From: Minisyncoccota bacterium
Lineage (GTDB): Bacteria > Patescibacteriota > Minisyncoccia > Phycocordibacterales > JAQTLZ01
DNA length: 64,000 nucleotides
Reading direction: 5' to 3'
Assembly (NCBI GenBank): GCA_028711065.1
Contig: JAQTSY010000005.1
Coordinates: 7,656 to 71,655, forward strand
Position 1 is the stretch's first letter. Each line of letters begins with the position of its first letter. The notes under the pieces are model-generated. The model had not been told where the DNA came from and made no database searches. It saw only the letters and a list, made by a program, of their open reading frames with translations. Positions 1 to 10,420 of this stretch are shown here, in pieces. The position numbers were made by a program, and so were the translations under genes.

Positions 1-244
1 TGGAAGGCTCGCCTGCGCCTCGAAAAGAATAGCCTTGCTTCGCTATGTCTTCATACCAGACTGAATCCCACCGAGCATGGAGTCCTGCCAAATCCCAACT
101 CTGCGCTTCCAGAGCTTTCGCCGGATCAATCCAAGAATAAGCAGTATCTCCCTTGAGGTTGAACCTATTGAGTGCAACGATAGCGAAAATATTTACGACA
201 ATGAGCCAGAGGAAAAAGAGTAAAAAAGTCTTTTTAAAATCCAT
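1..244 (-). CDS. PIG-V-like mannosyltransferase (GT-C) family membrane protein, N-terminal part only, runs off the window start
   Basis: Not in the ORF track. Manual translation from ATG at 244 gives MDFKKTFLLFFLWLIVVNIFAIVALNRF...ARWDSVWYEDIAKQGY. WDSxWYxxIAxxGY is the PIG-V/mannosyltransferase motif. Confidence 0.75.
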   Translation of the reverse strand, partial: MDFKKTFLLFFLWLIVVNIFAIVALNRFNLKGDTAYSWIDPAKALEAQSWDLAGLHARWDSVWYEDIAKQGYSFRGAGEPS

Positions 245-357
245 ACGTAGAGAGAATTATATACTATGACTATACACAAAAGCGCGGTGTTCCTCAAAGA
301 AAGCCTCTGGGGACAACATTTTTGAGACCGTTCGTTATTGGCAGTATAATAAAGCGC

Positions 358-1530
358 ATGAGACACGTAATAGCTCATCTGCAGAAAGAAAAATACTTCA
401 GTTATATCTACCTCTGTGCCTTTCTCCTCTCTCTCCACTACGCTTTTGTTTTGTATATAAACTCAAGTTTTCTAGAGCAATTTTTAGGAACTCAAACAAT
501 AGCATTTCTCTTCATAGGAAGCGCTCTCATTAACATCGTCATTCTTCTCAATATCACGACGCTTTTGCGTCGGTTCGGGAATTGGAGACTCATGCTTTCA
601 TTTCTAGTGCTTGAGATGATAGGAATGCTCGGTATGTCTCTCTCCACAAATGCGGCGAGTGCAAGCATTTCATTTTTACTCTTTGGAAGCATGGCATCCA
701 TCCTCCTTTTTAATTTGGATATTTTTCTCGAGACAGAAATAAAAACGGAAACGCATACCGGCGGGATACGAGGAATTTTTCTCACCATGTGTAATTTGGC
801 CTTCGTTCTTTCCCCATTCGTGGTCGGCCATCTGATTGGCGAAAATAATTACATGAGCGTTTACACACTTTCATTTATTTTTCTCCTGCTCCTCCTTCCT
901 ATCGTCATGTCGAAATTTAAAGGGTTTAAGGACCCCGACTACTCTCCCATGCATGTAGGAAATGCTCTCTCGCATTTCAAAGGAAACGGGAACTTATTCC
1001 ATATTTATGTGACAAATTTTCTCCTGCATTTTTTCTACGCGGTCATGATCATTTACACCCCGATCTACCTGCACCAATACATTGGTTTCTCATGGGGAAC
1101 AATCGGAGAAATGTTTAGCATCATGCTTATTCCATTCATCCTTTTTCAGATTCCCGGAGGAGAAATTTCTGATCACTTTGGAGAAAAGGGCATTCTCATC
1201 CTGGGACTCATTGTTATGGCGATCTCAACTCTCTTCCTCTCATTCGTCGGACAAAATGTAGTGGCATGGACGATACTCCTCTTTTTCACCCGATGCGGAG
1301 CATCACTCGTAGAAATTATGACGGAAACATATTTCTTCAAGCACGTCAAAGGAAAAAACTCCAATATCATTGGATTTTTCAGGACAGCAAGTCCTCTTTC
1401 ATTCGTCATTACTCCAATCGTAGCAACGCTCTTTTTGCTTGTTTTCCCAATGCAGTATCTCTATCTCCTTGTTGGCATTATGCTCCTTCTCGGGATACAG
1501 TTCGCTTACAACATAAAAGACACTATTTAA
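358..1530 (+). CDS. MFS transporter
   Basis: About 12 hydrophobic segments; GEISDHFGEK motif A-like loop; first ATG at 358. Confidence 0.85.
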   Translation: MRHVIAHLQKEKYFSYIYLCAFLLSLHYAFVLYINSSFLEQFLGTQTIAFLFIGSALINIVILLNITTLLRRFGNWRLMLSFLVLEMIGMLGMSLSTNAASASISFLLFGSMASILLFNLDIFLETEIKTETHTGGIRGIFLTMCNLAFVLSPFVVGHLIGENNYMSVYTLSFIFLLLLLPIVMSKFKGFKDPDYSPMHVGNALSHFKGNGNLFHIYVTNFLLHFFYAVMIIYTPIYLHQYIGFSWGTIGEMFSIMLIPFILFQIPGGEISDHFGEKGILILGLIVMAISTLFLSFVGQNVVAWTILLFFTRCGASLVEIMTETYFFKHVKGKNSNIIGFFRTASPLSFVITPIVATLFLLVFPMQYLYLLVGIMLLLGIQFAYNIKDTI

Positions 1531-1547
1531 TTCTTGAGTTGAAAATC

Positions 1548-2498
1548 TTATACGGCAGCTTTTTGTCTGCAAGCGTTTGAAGCCCTCACTCCTTCATTAT
1601 AGACCGCTGCATCGGCTTGTCTTGTCTCCACGAGTGAGTCGTACTCTGTCACGAGAGCGTTATATTCGACTACTCGCTTGTTGTATGTAGAATCATCGGA
1701 CGAAGCGTCTATCTCTGCTTTTTTGGCAATAAGGGTTTTCTCCAGACTGGCTATTTCTCCATCTTCAGATTCGATCTTGGCTTTGAGCGTTATGGAAGGT
1801 GCTGGGCAAGCAGTAGCAGGCAAGCCAAAGCTTTGCACTGCGATCCATGTTTCTTGTCCCTCGTAGAGACCTTTCCCGACAGCTACTCCGATTTCTTTGT
1901 ATTTTGGCTGCAAGATATTCTCCTTATGTCCCTCCGACGCCATCCACGCGGCGAGAAGTGTGGCGTCATCTTTAAAATTTCCAAGCGCGAGATTCTCTCC
2001 TACAATAATATAATCGTAGCCAACGCTTTTCGCCAGATCTCCCGGACCTACTCCGGAAGGAGAGACATGTTCAAAGTATTGTTTTGCGAACATATCCTGC
2101 ATTTTTTTCTGTGCATCGATATCAAGCAAAGAGTTTTCTTTGAGAGCAGGTACGGAAACCTTTGCTCTTTCAGCATTGGTGAGAGAGATAACTCCGCTTC
2201 GCGTGAGATTTCCGGTTTCCTTGTTGGAGGCAATCCGAAGCGGAGAAGGAGCGAAAATTTTCTCCGAAAGACCCTGGAGCGCAGGAATGATGCCGAGAGG
2301 AGACGTGGAGGGGCTTGGATTTTTAGTATTTTTGTTTCCTGTCTGTCCTAGAAATGTCAGAACTTTTTCAGGCACAAGGGCGCGTACATTTTCTAGTGCT
2401 CCTTGAAGACGCGACCACGAAAGGGGGACGTGTAGAAAATATGCGAGAATTATTATAACGAATACGATCGACAGTAAAAACTTGAAAAATTTCCACAT
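1548..2498 (-). CDS. CAP (SCP-like) domain membrane-anchored protein with C-terminal coiled coil
   Basis: N-terminal TM; TNAER, YFEH, GENLA, WMASEGHKENIL, EIGVAV motifs. Confidence 0.9.
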   Translation of the reverse strand: MWKFFKFLLSIVFVIIILAYFLHVPLSWSRLQGALENVRALVPEKVLTFLGQTGNKNTKNPSPSTSPLGIIPALQGLSEKIFAPSPLRIASNKETGNLTRSGVISLTNAERAKVSVPALKENSLLDIDAQKKMQDMFAKQYFEHVSPSGVGPGDLAKSVGYDYIIVGENLALGNFKDDATLLAAWMASEGHKENILQPKYKEIGVAVGKGLYEGQETWIAVQSFGLPATACPAPSITLKAKIESEDGEIASLEKTLIAKKAEIDASSDDSTYNKRVVEYNALVTEYDSLVETRQADAAVYNEGVRASNACRQKAAV

Positions 2499-2552
2499 TG
2501 TATATTCTTCAACATATTATATGCCAACCAAATACAAAGGAAAAGGAAGTAC

Positions 2553-3239
2553 TTAGTGTATACGAGTTCCTTTAAATGGTTCCCCCTTGAGATACGCGTC
2601 GAGATTAATGAGGTTATTACCATTCATGACTACAACTTCGAGACCGAAACTTTCAGCCTCCTTTGCAGCAATAGGATCAAAGGGAGAACTCATTCCCGGC
2701 TCCCATTTTTCAGGAATAATTTTTCGAAATTCAGCCCAAGAAATATCCTCGATTATTTTTGCGTTTGGAAATTTTCTCGGATCTTTATCATACACATAAT
2801 TGATATTTGAAAGGTTGATGAGCTTTTTTGCGCCAATATTTTTTGCCATAAGGACGGCATCTTCGTCAGTACTGCAGCCCGGCTCATATCCAGCGCCAAT
2901 GAGAATGGCTTCTTTAAAATCGACAGGGGTGCTCGGATTATCTACAACATGAGGATGGGAAAGAGGCGCGAATATGGCACGCAAAAGCTCTGCATTTAAT
3001 TTCGTCGCTCCAATTCCAACCCAATCCGCGTCCGTTGCGCTCACTTCCGGAGAGATCGCACGCGCCGCTTCCTGGTAATTTCGAGCAGTCTTTCCGCCCC
3101 CGGCAACAATAGCAAAACGTATACCGTTTTTCGTATGGCGGATGATAAGTTCTTTAAATTTTTTTATAGAATCAACATCAATCTGCTGCGGGACCAAGAT
3201 CGAACCGCCAACAGAGATAATAATTGGGCTTTTGTCCAT
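2553..3239 (-). CDS. pyrH: UMP kinase (archaeal-type)
   Basis: ISVGGS, AGGGKTAR, PGCSTDEDA, VYDKDPRK, PFDPIAAK motifs. Confidence 0.93.
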   Translation of the reverse strand: MDKSPIIISVGGSILVPQQIDVDSIKKFKELIIRHTKNGIRFAIVAGGGKTARNYQEAARAISPEVSATDADWVGIGATKLNAELLRAIFAPLSHPHVVDNPSTPVDFKEAILIGAGYEPGCSTDEDAVLMAKNIGAKKLINLSNINYVYDKDPRKFPNAKIIEDISWAEFRKIIPEKWEPGMSSPFDPIAAKEAESFGLEVVVMNGNNLINLDAYLKGEPFKGTRIH

Positions 3240-3264
3240 TTCTGTATGTTAGCAAAAAAAGCCC

Positions 3265-3837
3265 CTATAAGCTAGGCTTTTTGCCCCTTAATGCTTCTCC
3301 ATCTCGAATAACAATCATTTTATCTCCCTCGAATCGAACTATCGCGGACGGATCTGCGGTTAATTCTCCCCCGTCCTGATAGAAATCAACTTTTGTAGCA
3401 AAATATTTTTCTGCTTCTTCAACTGTCCTTGCAGGAGGGAGACCTTGGATATTCGCGCTCGGAGCGACGAGTGGGCCTGTTTCTTTGAGAATTGCGATGA
3501 GATCTTTATTCTGGGGTAATCGAAAAGCCAGCGACTTTCCACCTCGGTGAAGATACGCAAATTTTTCATCTGGCACTGGAAATATAATACTCACTGTCCC
3601 GGGCCAAAATTCGGGGAGATGAAGTTCAAGTTTGGGCGGGAGCGTGATCCCAAATGCCGCCAAATCGGCAACGGAAGAAATGAGAACGATGCAGGGTTTA
3701 TCTTTATCTCTCTGACGTAATTCATAGATCCGCTCGACGGCTCCGGGAGAATATGCAGAACCGACAAGTCCATAGAGGGTATCTGTTGGCATAACTCCCA
3801 CTCCGCCATTCTTTAAGCTTTTCACTATGGTATCCAT
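3265..3837 (-). CDS. tsaC: L-threonylcarbamoyladenylate synthase (YrdC/Sua5)
   Basis: PTDTLYGL, FWPG, AFRLP, APSAN motifs. Confidence 0.92.
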   Translation of the reverse strand: MDTIVKSLKNGGVGVMPTDTLYGLVGSAYSPGAVERIYELRQRDKDKPCIVLISSVADLAAFGITLPPKLELHLPEFWPGTVSIIFPVPDEKFAYLHRGGKSLAFRLPQNKDLIAILKETGPLVAPSANIQGLPPARTVEEAEKYFATKVDFYQDGGELTADPSAIVRFEGDKMIVIRDGEALRGKKPSL

Positions 3838-3896
3838 ATGGGAAAGATTCTAGCACGCGCTCCTCTTAAGAAAAAGAATATGCTAGGATAGGCTTC

Positions 3897-4529
3897 ATGG
3901 AAAAAACCCCGAAAGTCGCTTGCATCGCCCTTGATTTTGACGAAACGCTCGCTTTCATAAACAATCCGAAAACAGAACTTTTCAATACATGGGAAAAACG
4001 CGGAGTACCGAAAGAGATCGGAGAAAAAGCGTACGAAGAGATTCATGATGGAGAAGGTTTTTCTTATCCGGGAATGAAAATTGTACTCAAAAAATACGGA
4101 TACGACATGGACGAGGGATTTGAAAAAGAATTGTGGGAACGGCTCGAGAGAGGACTTCAGACATTTACGGAAGTGAAGGAAACTATCGAGAGATGGAAGA
4201 AAATGATACCTGTTGTCATTGTCACAGCAGGAGAAGAATCATTTCAGAGAGAGAAAATAAAGAGAACCGGTCTCTCCGATCTCCCCTGCATAGTCACCAG
4301 AGTTGGAAATAAAACAAAGGCGCTTCGTACTTTTATCGAAAAATATGGCGAACCAGTTGCCTTCATTGATGATAAAATAAGCGAACTAGAAACACTTAAA
4401 AATGCTGGTTTTTCAGAGAAAGAGTTGATTCCAGTGCTTCTTGATAGAACTGGGAAAACAAAAAAGAGCCAGTTTGAGACGATCTCTAGCCTCGATGATC
4501 CAAAGCTCTCTGTGATTCTAGGATTTTAG
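3897..4529 (+). CDS. HAD-superfamily hydrolase
   Basis: ALDFDET motif I, VTAG motif II, FIDDK motif IV. Confidence 0.8.
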   Translation: MEKTPKVACIALDFDETLAFINNPKTELFNTWEKRGVPKEIGEKAYEEIHDGEGFSYPGMKIVLKKYGYDMDEGFEKELWERLERGLQTFTEVKETIERWKKMIPVVIVTAGEESFQREKIKRTGLSDLPCIVTRVGNKTKALRTFIEKYGEPVAFIDDKISELETLKNAGFSEKELIPVLLDRTGKTKKSQFETISSLDDPKLSVILGF

Positions 4530-5348
4530 GCTGAGCTTTTGGCGAAGATATGCAAGAGAGCCGATAAGACCTCCGGAATCAGCGAGCTCTGCTTTTTTGA
4601 TAACGGGTACGGTCGGAAATGCTTTGAGAAGCTTCTCAACGTGTTTCGCAACATTGTCCACAGATATGCCCACCTTCTTTACTACCATACTCCCACCAAT
4701 GATAACGGCATCTGGAGACCAGAAAAGAAGGGCGTTGTGGACCCCAACAGCAAAAGTCTTTTCAACTTCGTTCCACACTTTTGGATCCGTAATCTCAGCC
4801 GGATGTTTGCCGTATTTTGCCGCAATTGCCCTACCGGAAACCAAATCCCCCAGAGAAGAAACTTCGCCGTTATAATCAACAATCTGATAACCTGGCTCGA
4901 AATTAAAATGAGTCCGATCTATTTTGCCATCGACGACGCGAGATCCTCCGACACCGGTCGAAACGGTAATGTAAGCGACAATGGGAAATCCTTTGCCGGC
5001 TCCATCCATTGCTTCGCCAAGACCAACCATCGCAGTGTCATTTTCAATGAAAACAAATGATTTTGTGATATCCGCTATTGTCCGATGAAGGGGTTGATTA
5101 ATCCAACCTTGCAGATTTTTACAGACCAAGAGCTTTTCATGGGCTTCATCCAAAGTACCGGGCACACCCCCGGCGACAGCAAGAATTTTTTCTCCATTGC
5201 TAATCTCATCAACTGCTTTCTTAAATAAATTTTCGAATTTTGAAAAATCCTTCGGAGTATCGACAATAACCGGAGTCGAAAGTTCCTTCCCATCTTTAGA
5301 CCCCGCAATTCTCATTTTTGTCCCGCCAATGTCAAATACAATATACAT
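4518..5348 (-). CDS. ROK family sugar kinase
   Basis: DIGGTK, IENDT, TVSTGVGG, EPGY motifs. Confidence 0.9.
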   Translation of the reverse strand: MYIVFDIGGTKMRIAGSKDGKELSTPVIVDTPKDFSKFENLFKKAVDEISNGEKILAVAGGVPGTLDEAHEKLLVCKNLQGWINQPLHRTIADITKSFVFIENDTAMVGLGEAMDGAGKGFPIVAYITVSTGVGGSRVVDGKIDRTHFNFEPGYQIVDYNGEVSSLGDLVSGRAIAAKYGKHPAEITDPKVWNEVEKTFAVGVHNALLFWSPDAVIIGGSMVVKKVGISVDNVAKHVEKLLKAFPTVPVIKKAELADSGGLIGSLAYLRQKLSLKS

Positions 5349-5350
5349 AT

Positions 5351-6316
5351 TTATGAGATGAGTTTTTTAAATTCTTCTACCATTGGAACCTGCTCCGCTT
5401 CAACTCCATACAGCATTGCCGTATGATAGGCGGTCCAATCGGCAAGAAGAAGCGAGCTGAAAACTTTTTCACTCCTCGTCGCGCCGGTGAGAGAATATTC
5501 GAATACAGTAATTCCTCGATCTTCGTAGAGTTTCTTCGTGACCTTAAATCGCTTGCGGTTTTGCGGATGGTCAGCATCATCAGAGAGAAATACAAAAACA
5601 AATTTTTCTGAAAGTGATTTCGTCTTCCCCGCACGATCAAATCCCGTCATCTCATTATGATTCAATTCTGGAAAAACGTTGCAAAATGAGGGTATTTTAC
5701 CCGTTTCGTTGAGTTTTATTTTCCAGTTGTACGCGACGGACATGTTCTTGTCGGACGCATAGATGACCGGTACAAATCCCGACAGCTTTTTGGCCAGCTC
5801 TTTTCCTTTTGTTTCGAGAGCCTTCGGATCAAGCTTTGTTGCGAGAGTATTGAGCTCTTTCAGCAATTTTTTATTTCCCAAAAGCGTGACGAGAGCAAGC
5901 AAAGAAAAACCAAGAGCGCTTCTCGGTTGAATTCCAGTATCAGGTAAGACAATTCTCGGAATATCATTTTTCGCTGCAAATTCAATGAGATTTCCTCCAA
6001 CAGCGATGACCGCAAGATTCAACCCCTTGTCAAAGGCTGATTTTGCAAAATCAATTGTCTCTTCGGTATTTCCAGAATACGAGGATGCAATGTAAAGAGT
6101 TTCGCTTCGTTGCGCTTCGGTATAAAAAGGTAATCCGTAATTTCTGTGGATTGTGATGGGAATTTCGACATCAAGTGCCGATAAAAGATCCGCCGAAAGA
6201 TGCGAACCTCCCATTCCCCCTACTACTACCTGCCCAAACACCTGCAACTTCTCCTCATTCTCTATCTTCGGCTTCCAAGCAAACTGTTTTGCAAAATCTC
6301 GAATCGCTTTGTCCAT
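5351..6316 (-). CDS. Bifunctional phosphoglucose/phosphomannose isomerase (SIS domain)
   Basis: GMGGS, SSYSGNTEET, QPRSA, FPELNHNE motifs. Confidence 0.92.
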   Translation of the reverse strand: MDKAIRDFAKQFAWKPKIENEEKLQVFGQVVVGGMGGSHLSADLLSALDVEIPITIHRNYGLPFYTEAQRSETLYIASSYSGNTEETIDFAKSAFDKGLNLAVIAVGGNLIEFAAKNDIPRIVLPDTGIQPRSALGFSLLALVTLLGNKKLLKELNTLATKLDPKALETKGKELAKKLSGFVPVIYASDKNMSVAYNWKIKLNETGKIPSFCNVFPELNHNEMTGFDRAGKTKSLSEKFVFVFLSDDADHPQNRKRFKVTKKLYEDRGITVFEYSLTGATRSEKVFSSLLLADWTAYHTAMLYGVEAEQVPMVEEFKKLIS

Positions 6317-6328
6317 GTTTATAAAAAA

Positions 6329-7228
6329 TTATTTTTTAGTTTCTATTGAATGCCCGCCAAATTGATTACGGAGAGCCGAAAGAATCTTGCCGATGTAACT
6401 CGGAGTAGCTCCGGACTCAACTCGAAATTTGAATGAATCTTCAATGACTTTTGCCGGGATACCCAATTCTTTCCCAGCATTCACTGTCCATTCTCCTTCT
6501 CCGGTGTGAGAAACAGTTCCAGAGACTTCAGCCAAGTTCTTACCAAATTTTCTATACGCATCGGAAAGCCAGCCGACAAGACGTGATTCGATAACAGAAC
6601 GATGATTATAGATTTCAGTCACTTTCAAAAGATCGAGATCAAATTCTGATTTTTCGAGAATGGCAAAACCTTCTGCAAGCGATTGCATCATGCCGTATTC
6701 GATTCCGTTATGCACCATTTTGGTAAAATGTCCTGCTCCGGCTTTTCCTAAATATGCGTAGGCTTCCGGCGCAGCAATATCTTTAAATAAATCTTCATGT
6801 TTCTTAAACACTTCTTCCTCTCCGCCAATCATAAGGCAAGCGCCTTCGCGAGCTCCTTTCGGTCCCCCGGAAGTACCAACATCAAGAAAATGAATCTCTT
6901 TCCCCGCGAGTTCTTTCGCTCTCCGCATCGAATCTTTATAAAAAGAATTTCCGCCGTCTATGATAGTATCGCCTTTTTCGAGAAATCCGATAAATTCGGC
7001 AATGACAGAATCAACAACGTTATTTGGAACCATGACCCAAACAGTACGAGGAGTGGGAAGTTCGGCAAGAAGTGCTTCATACGAATCTGCCACGCGGAGA
7101 CCGGCTTTCTTACCCTCTAGACGAGGCTCTGGACTTCGATTATACGCAATGACGTCTTGCTTCTTTTCATGCAGCCGCAAGACCATATTCATTCCCATTT
7201 TTCCGAGTCCGATATATCCAAGTTTCAT
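6329..7228 (-). CDS. gnd: 6-phosphogluconate dehydrogenase, decarboxylating (short type)
   Basis: GLGKMG, IDGGNS, DVGTSGG, KMVHNGIEYGMMQ, ALRNQFGGH motifs. Confidence 0.95.
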   Translation of the reverse strand: MKLGYIGLGKMGMNMVLRLHEKKQDVIAYNRSPEPRLEGKKAGLRVADSYEALLAELPTPRTVWVMVPNNVVDSVIAEFIGFLEKGDTIIDGGNSFYKDSMRRAKELAGKEIHFLDVGTSGGPKGAREGACLMIGGEEEVFKKHEDLFKDIAAPEAYAYLGKAGAGHFTKMVHNGIEYGMMQSLAEGFAILEKSEFDLDLLKVTEIYNHRSVIESRLVGWLSDAYRKFGKNLAEVSGTVSHTGEGEWTVNAGKELGIPAKVIEDSFKFRVESGATPSYIGKILSALRNQFGGHSIETKK

Positions 7229-7252
7229 AGGGGTTATTGTAGCATAAACGCT

Positions 7253-8248
7253 TTATTTACCAGTAAAAACCTCCTTCGCTCCATCCCAAAATTCAGGATG
7301 ACCGTTTTGCTTCATGTAATACCACCACTCTGCTCCCCAGAGATATTGCTCACCGAAACCTGTGGTTTTTGCGAAAGAAATAATTGTGTTGAATTTGTTA
7401 ATATCCATTCGCGACAATTGATCAGAAATCGAGGTGTCAACAATTGGATGGAGAAGCCAAGGTTCGAGACCGAGTTCACTCAAAATATCTTTTTTCTTCC
7501 CAGCGATAATGTCAGCTACATTTTCTCGAATTCGATAGTATGCGGGAGTGATTGGATAACGGATTTTGCCAAAAATCGGGCTGTCTACGTAGAGGTAAAG
7601 GCTGGAGCCGAATACATCGCCCGCTTTGTGCGCACCATACCACACTCCAAGCTCTCCACTATCTGTCACCAACACCTGCCTCGCCGGATCAAGTTTTTTT
7701 ACCAGAGCAATTTCTTTACCGAAAAAAGCTGTATCGAGAGGTTCGCACGTCTGTCTTGCAAATACAGAAAGAAAAGGCTCATTCTCAACTTGCCAATAAG
7801 TAATATTGGGATAATTTTTATAACGATTGACGACTGTCGTAATGTAATCGAAAATTTTCTCCTGCCGTGTTGCTGTATCAAGTTTACTGGCCCAATCTGG
7901 CACATGGCATTCTGGCCAGCCAGGCAGACGCTCCCCAACAGCAAAAATCACCCCGGCATCGCGTAATTTTGCTTGCTGCATCTGAAAATCAAGCACAGAG
8001 AAATCATACATCCCCTCCTTCGGCTCTGTTCCTGGCCAATGCGCCGAAAGACGGAAATTTCTGACTTTTAGATCGTCAAGAAGCGCAAGATAGACCGTCT
8101 TCCAAGGAAGTCCGAGCTCATCTGAATGGAATTTGCTAAATGAAACTCCATAGACTATGTTTTCAGGAACCACTCGAAACGATAGGAGAGAGAGAAACAG
8201 AACGAGTGCGATGACTATTATGAGGAGAAATTTAAAAAAACGTCTCAT
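7253..8248 (-). CDS. Membrane-anchored clan GH-A glycoside hydrolase-like protein
   Basis: N-terminal TM; WQVENEP acid/base motif; SEL nucleophile-like motif; PGWPECHVPDW. Confidence 0.7.
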   Translation of the reverse strand: MRRFFKFLLIIVIALVLFLSLLSFRVVPENIVYGVSFSKFHSDELGLPWKTVYLALLDDLKVRNFRLSAHWPGTEPKEGMYDFSVLDFQMQQAKLRDAGVIFAVGERLPGWPECHVPDWASKLDTATRQEKIFDYITTVVNRYKNYPNITYWQVENEPFLSVFARQTCEPLDTAFFGKEIALVKKLDPARQVLVTDSGELGVWYGAHKAGDVFGSSLYLYVDSPIFGKIRYPITPAYYRIRENVADIIAGKKKDILSELGLEPWLLHPIVDTSISDQLSRMDINKFNTIISFAKTTGFGEQYLWGAEWWYYMKQNGHPEFWDGAKEVFTGK

Positions 8249-8254
8249 GGGGTA

Positions 8255-9145
8255 TTAAATGAAGAGAAGGAAAAAGCCGGCAACAATAAACGATACCGAA
8301 ATTATTTTATGAAATATTTCATACGAATGTTTCGGATTGTAAACAAATTCCGAAAATTTCTTCCCGAAGAGAAGACCGAGCAAAAGCAAGAATACATACT
8401 GAAGTCCCACAAGCGCATTTACCAAAGACGCACTTGAAAGCTTTATTACGTAGAGAAAAAGCACCGCAGTAATGCCGGCAAGTACTTTATTGGATACGAT
8501 CATAAGCTTGGTCCCTCGGCTGGAACTTTTAAAACCTTCTCGAATAAGACGCAAATTTTCCGGCCAAATAAATAACATAATTGCTCCAAAGACATTTCCG
8601 ATCCGCGTCCAGAAAAATCCATTCACAAATGTCGTATCAGAAAGAACCATTTTTACAAGTACAGAGGAAATTCCAAGAAAAATCCCGGATGCGAGGATGT
8701 AAAACATGATTTTCGGCTTGAAACTGAAGTGCGACGTGAGAAGCGTACCCAAAACAAGAAAAATTGTTGCAAGAATAAAAAGGCTCGGCAAAAGTTCTTT
8801 CAGAAAAATAGACGAAAGAATAAAGGTGGATATTGCCGTCATGGCACCCACAACAGGAATAACGTCCAGTGGATCCGGAGAGCGCCGGAGTGCTTTATAA
8901 AGATATACAATCGCTTGAATATACGTAAAACCGCACAGAAGCGAGAAGATAATGATTTTGGTAGTGGGAACAGTAATATTTCCGGTGGGAATAAGGACAA
9001 GGACAATCGAAGAGAGAGCGCCGACAAAAAACGCATAAACTACCGAGTGAGGGAGTCTCTTTGTGACAACATATTTATCGATAAGAACGATGACGGCATT
9101 CAGAAGTTGAACGAAGACGACAAGAAGAAGCCAAAAGTATTGCAT
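8255..9145 (-). CDS. EamA/DMT family transporter
   Basis: About 10 TM segments with duplicated EamA-like pattern (IFLKE); start MQYFW at 9145. Confidence 0.75.
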   Translation of the reverse strand: MQYFWLLLVVFVQLLNAVIVLIDKYVVTKRLPHSVVYAFFVGALSSIVLVLIPTGNITVPTTKIIIFSLLCGFTYIQAIVYLYKALRRSPDPLDVIPVVGAMTAISTFILSSIFLKELLPSLFILATIFLVLGTLLTSHFSFKPKIMFYILASGIFLGISSVLVKMVLSDTTFVNGFFWTRIGNVFGAIMLFIWPENLRLIREGFKSSSRGTKLMIVSNKVLAGITAVLFLYVIKLSSASLVNALVGLQYVFLLLLGLLFGKKFSEFVYNPKHSYEIFHKIISVSFIVAGFFLLFI

Positions 9146-9149
9146 AATT

Positions 9150-10322
9150 TTAGAGAATGGTATTTGTCTCGCAGATTTTTTTATAAAGCAGGGCGGAGGG
9201 GCGAACGATACGTTCCATTGTATCATAATTTATTTTCACCAAGCCGAAGCGTTTGGTAAATCCTTCCGCCCATTCGTAGTTATCAAGAAGCGACCAGTAG
9301 AAGAATCCTTTTACATCCGCACCTTGTTCTATCGCCTGATGAACTGCGATAAGATGATCTCTGATGAATTTCCCTCTCTGGCTGTCATTTGCGTCTGCAA
9401 TGCCGTTTTCTGTTATATAGAGAGGTTTTTTGTACTCTTTCAGTTCCAGGAGCACATTTCGCAGTCCGTCCGGATAAACAGTCCATCCCATATCCGTGCG
9501 AGGCAAATTTTCAAGCTTCCCAAATGCAATATGTCGATAATAATTGACGCCGATAAAATCCTGGCACTCCCGGATGCCCTTCAGAAATTTATGATTCCAG
9601 AATTTGCGGGAAAAATTTGCCCGAACATCATTCCACCATCCTCCGCCAGAGCCGAAATCCATATTTTGTTTTGCAATGCCGATCTGGATCGAAGGATTTT
9701 TCTTTTTCATTTCGATGTATGCAAACCGGTGAGATTTCATCAAAATCTTGAGTGCTCTCCAATATTTTAAAATATCCCTTTTGAATGGTGGCCAGCCTCC
9801 GCGAAGATATCCATTCCCAAGCCAGACCATCGGCTCATTCATTGTCATCCAAAATTTCGCTTCGCTTCCAAGTTTTTCCACCACATATGCGCAATATCTG
9901 CCGAAAATTTCCGGTGCTTTTTTATTTTCAAATCCGCCCTTATCCCGAAACCAAAGAGGCAGAGTAAAGTGCCAAAGCGTCACAAAAGGCTCAAGCCCTC
10001 GCGCTTTGAGTGCGTGAAGAACTTTTCGATAATGCTCAATTTCTGCATCATCAAATTTCCCTTCTTCTGGCTCGATGCGGGCCCACTCGATTGAAAATCT
10101 GTGCGTGTTTTGAGAAAGTGATTTCGCAATATCAAAATCTTTTTCGTACAAATTGTAGTGATCGCAAGCTCGCCCGGTAAGAGGCACTTTTTTCTTCCGC
10201 CCAGCTTCAGCCCAATCCACATTCTCAATCCCGCCTTCTACCTGGTAAGAAGCCGTTGCACTCCCCCATAAAAACCCTTTCGGAAATTCTCGCGCTTGCG
10301 GAGCTGAAACATTTTTTTTCAT
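9150..10322 (-). CDS. Glycoside hydrolase family 1 beta-glucosidase
   Basis: FPKGFLWGSATASYQVEG, TMNEP, ITENG, WSLLDNYEWAEG motifs. Confidence 0.95.
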   Translation of the reverse strand: MKKNVSAPQAREFPKGFLWGSATASYQVEGGIENVDWAEAGRKKKVPLTGRACDHYNLYEKDFDIAKSLSQNTHRFSIEWARIEPEEGKFDDAEIEHYRKVLHALKARGLEPFVTLWHFTLPLWFRDKGGFENKKAPEIFGRYCAYVVEKLGSEAKFWMTMNEPMVWLGNGYLRGGWPPFKRDILKYWRALKILMKSHRFAYIEMKKKNPSIQIGIAKQNMDFGSGGGWWNDVRANFSRKFWNHKFLKGIRECQDFIGVNYYRHIAFGKLENLPRTDMGWTVYPDGLRNVLLELKEYKKPLYITENGIADANDSQRGKFIRDHLIAVHQAIEQGADVKGFFYWSLLDNYEWAEGFTKRFGLVKINYDTMERIVRPSALLYKKICETNTIL

Positions 10323-10420
10323 TATTGAATTATACAAGAAGTCTGTGATTTTGGCATACAAATCATACACAGCAAAACAATGTATTGCTTGTATCACTAG
10401 CCAAATCCAATTGAAATCCT

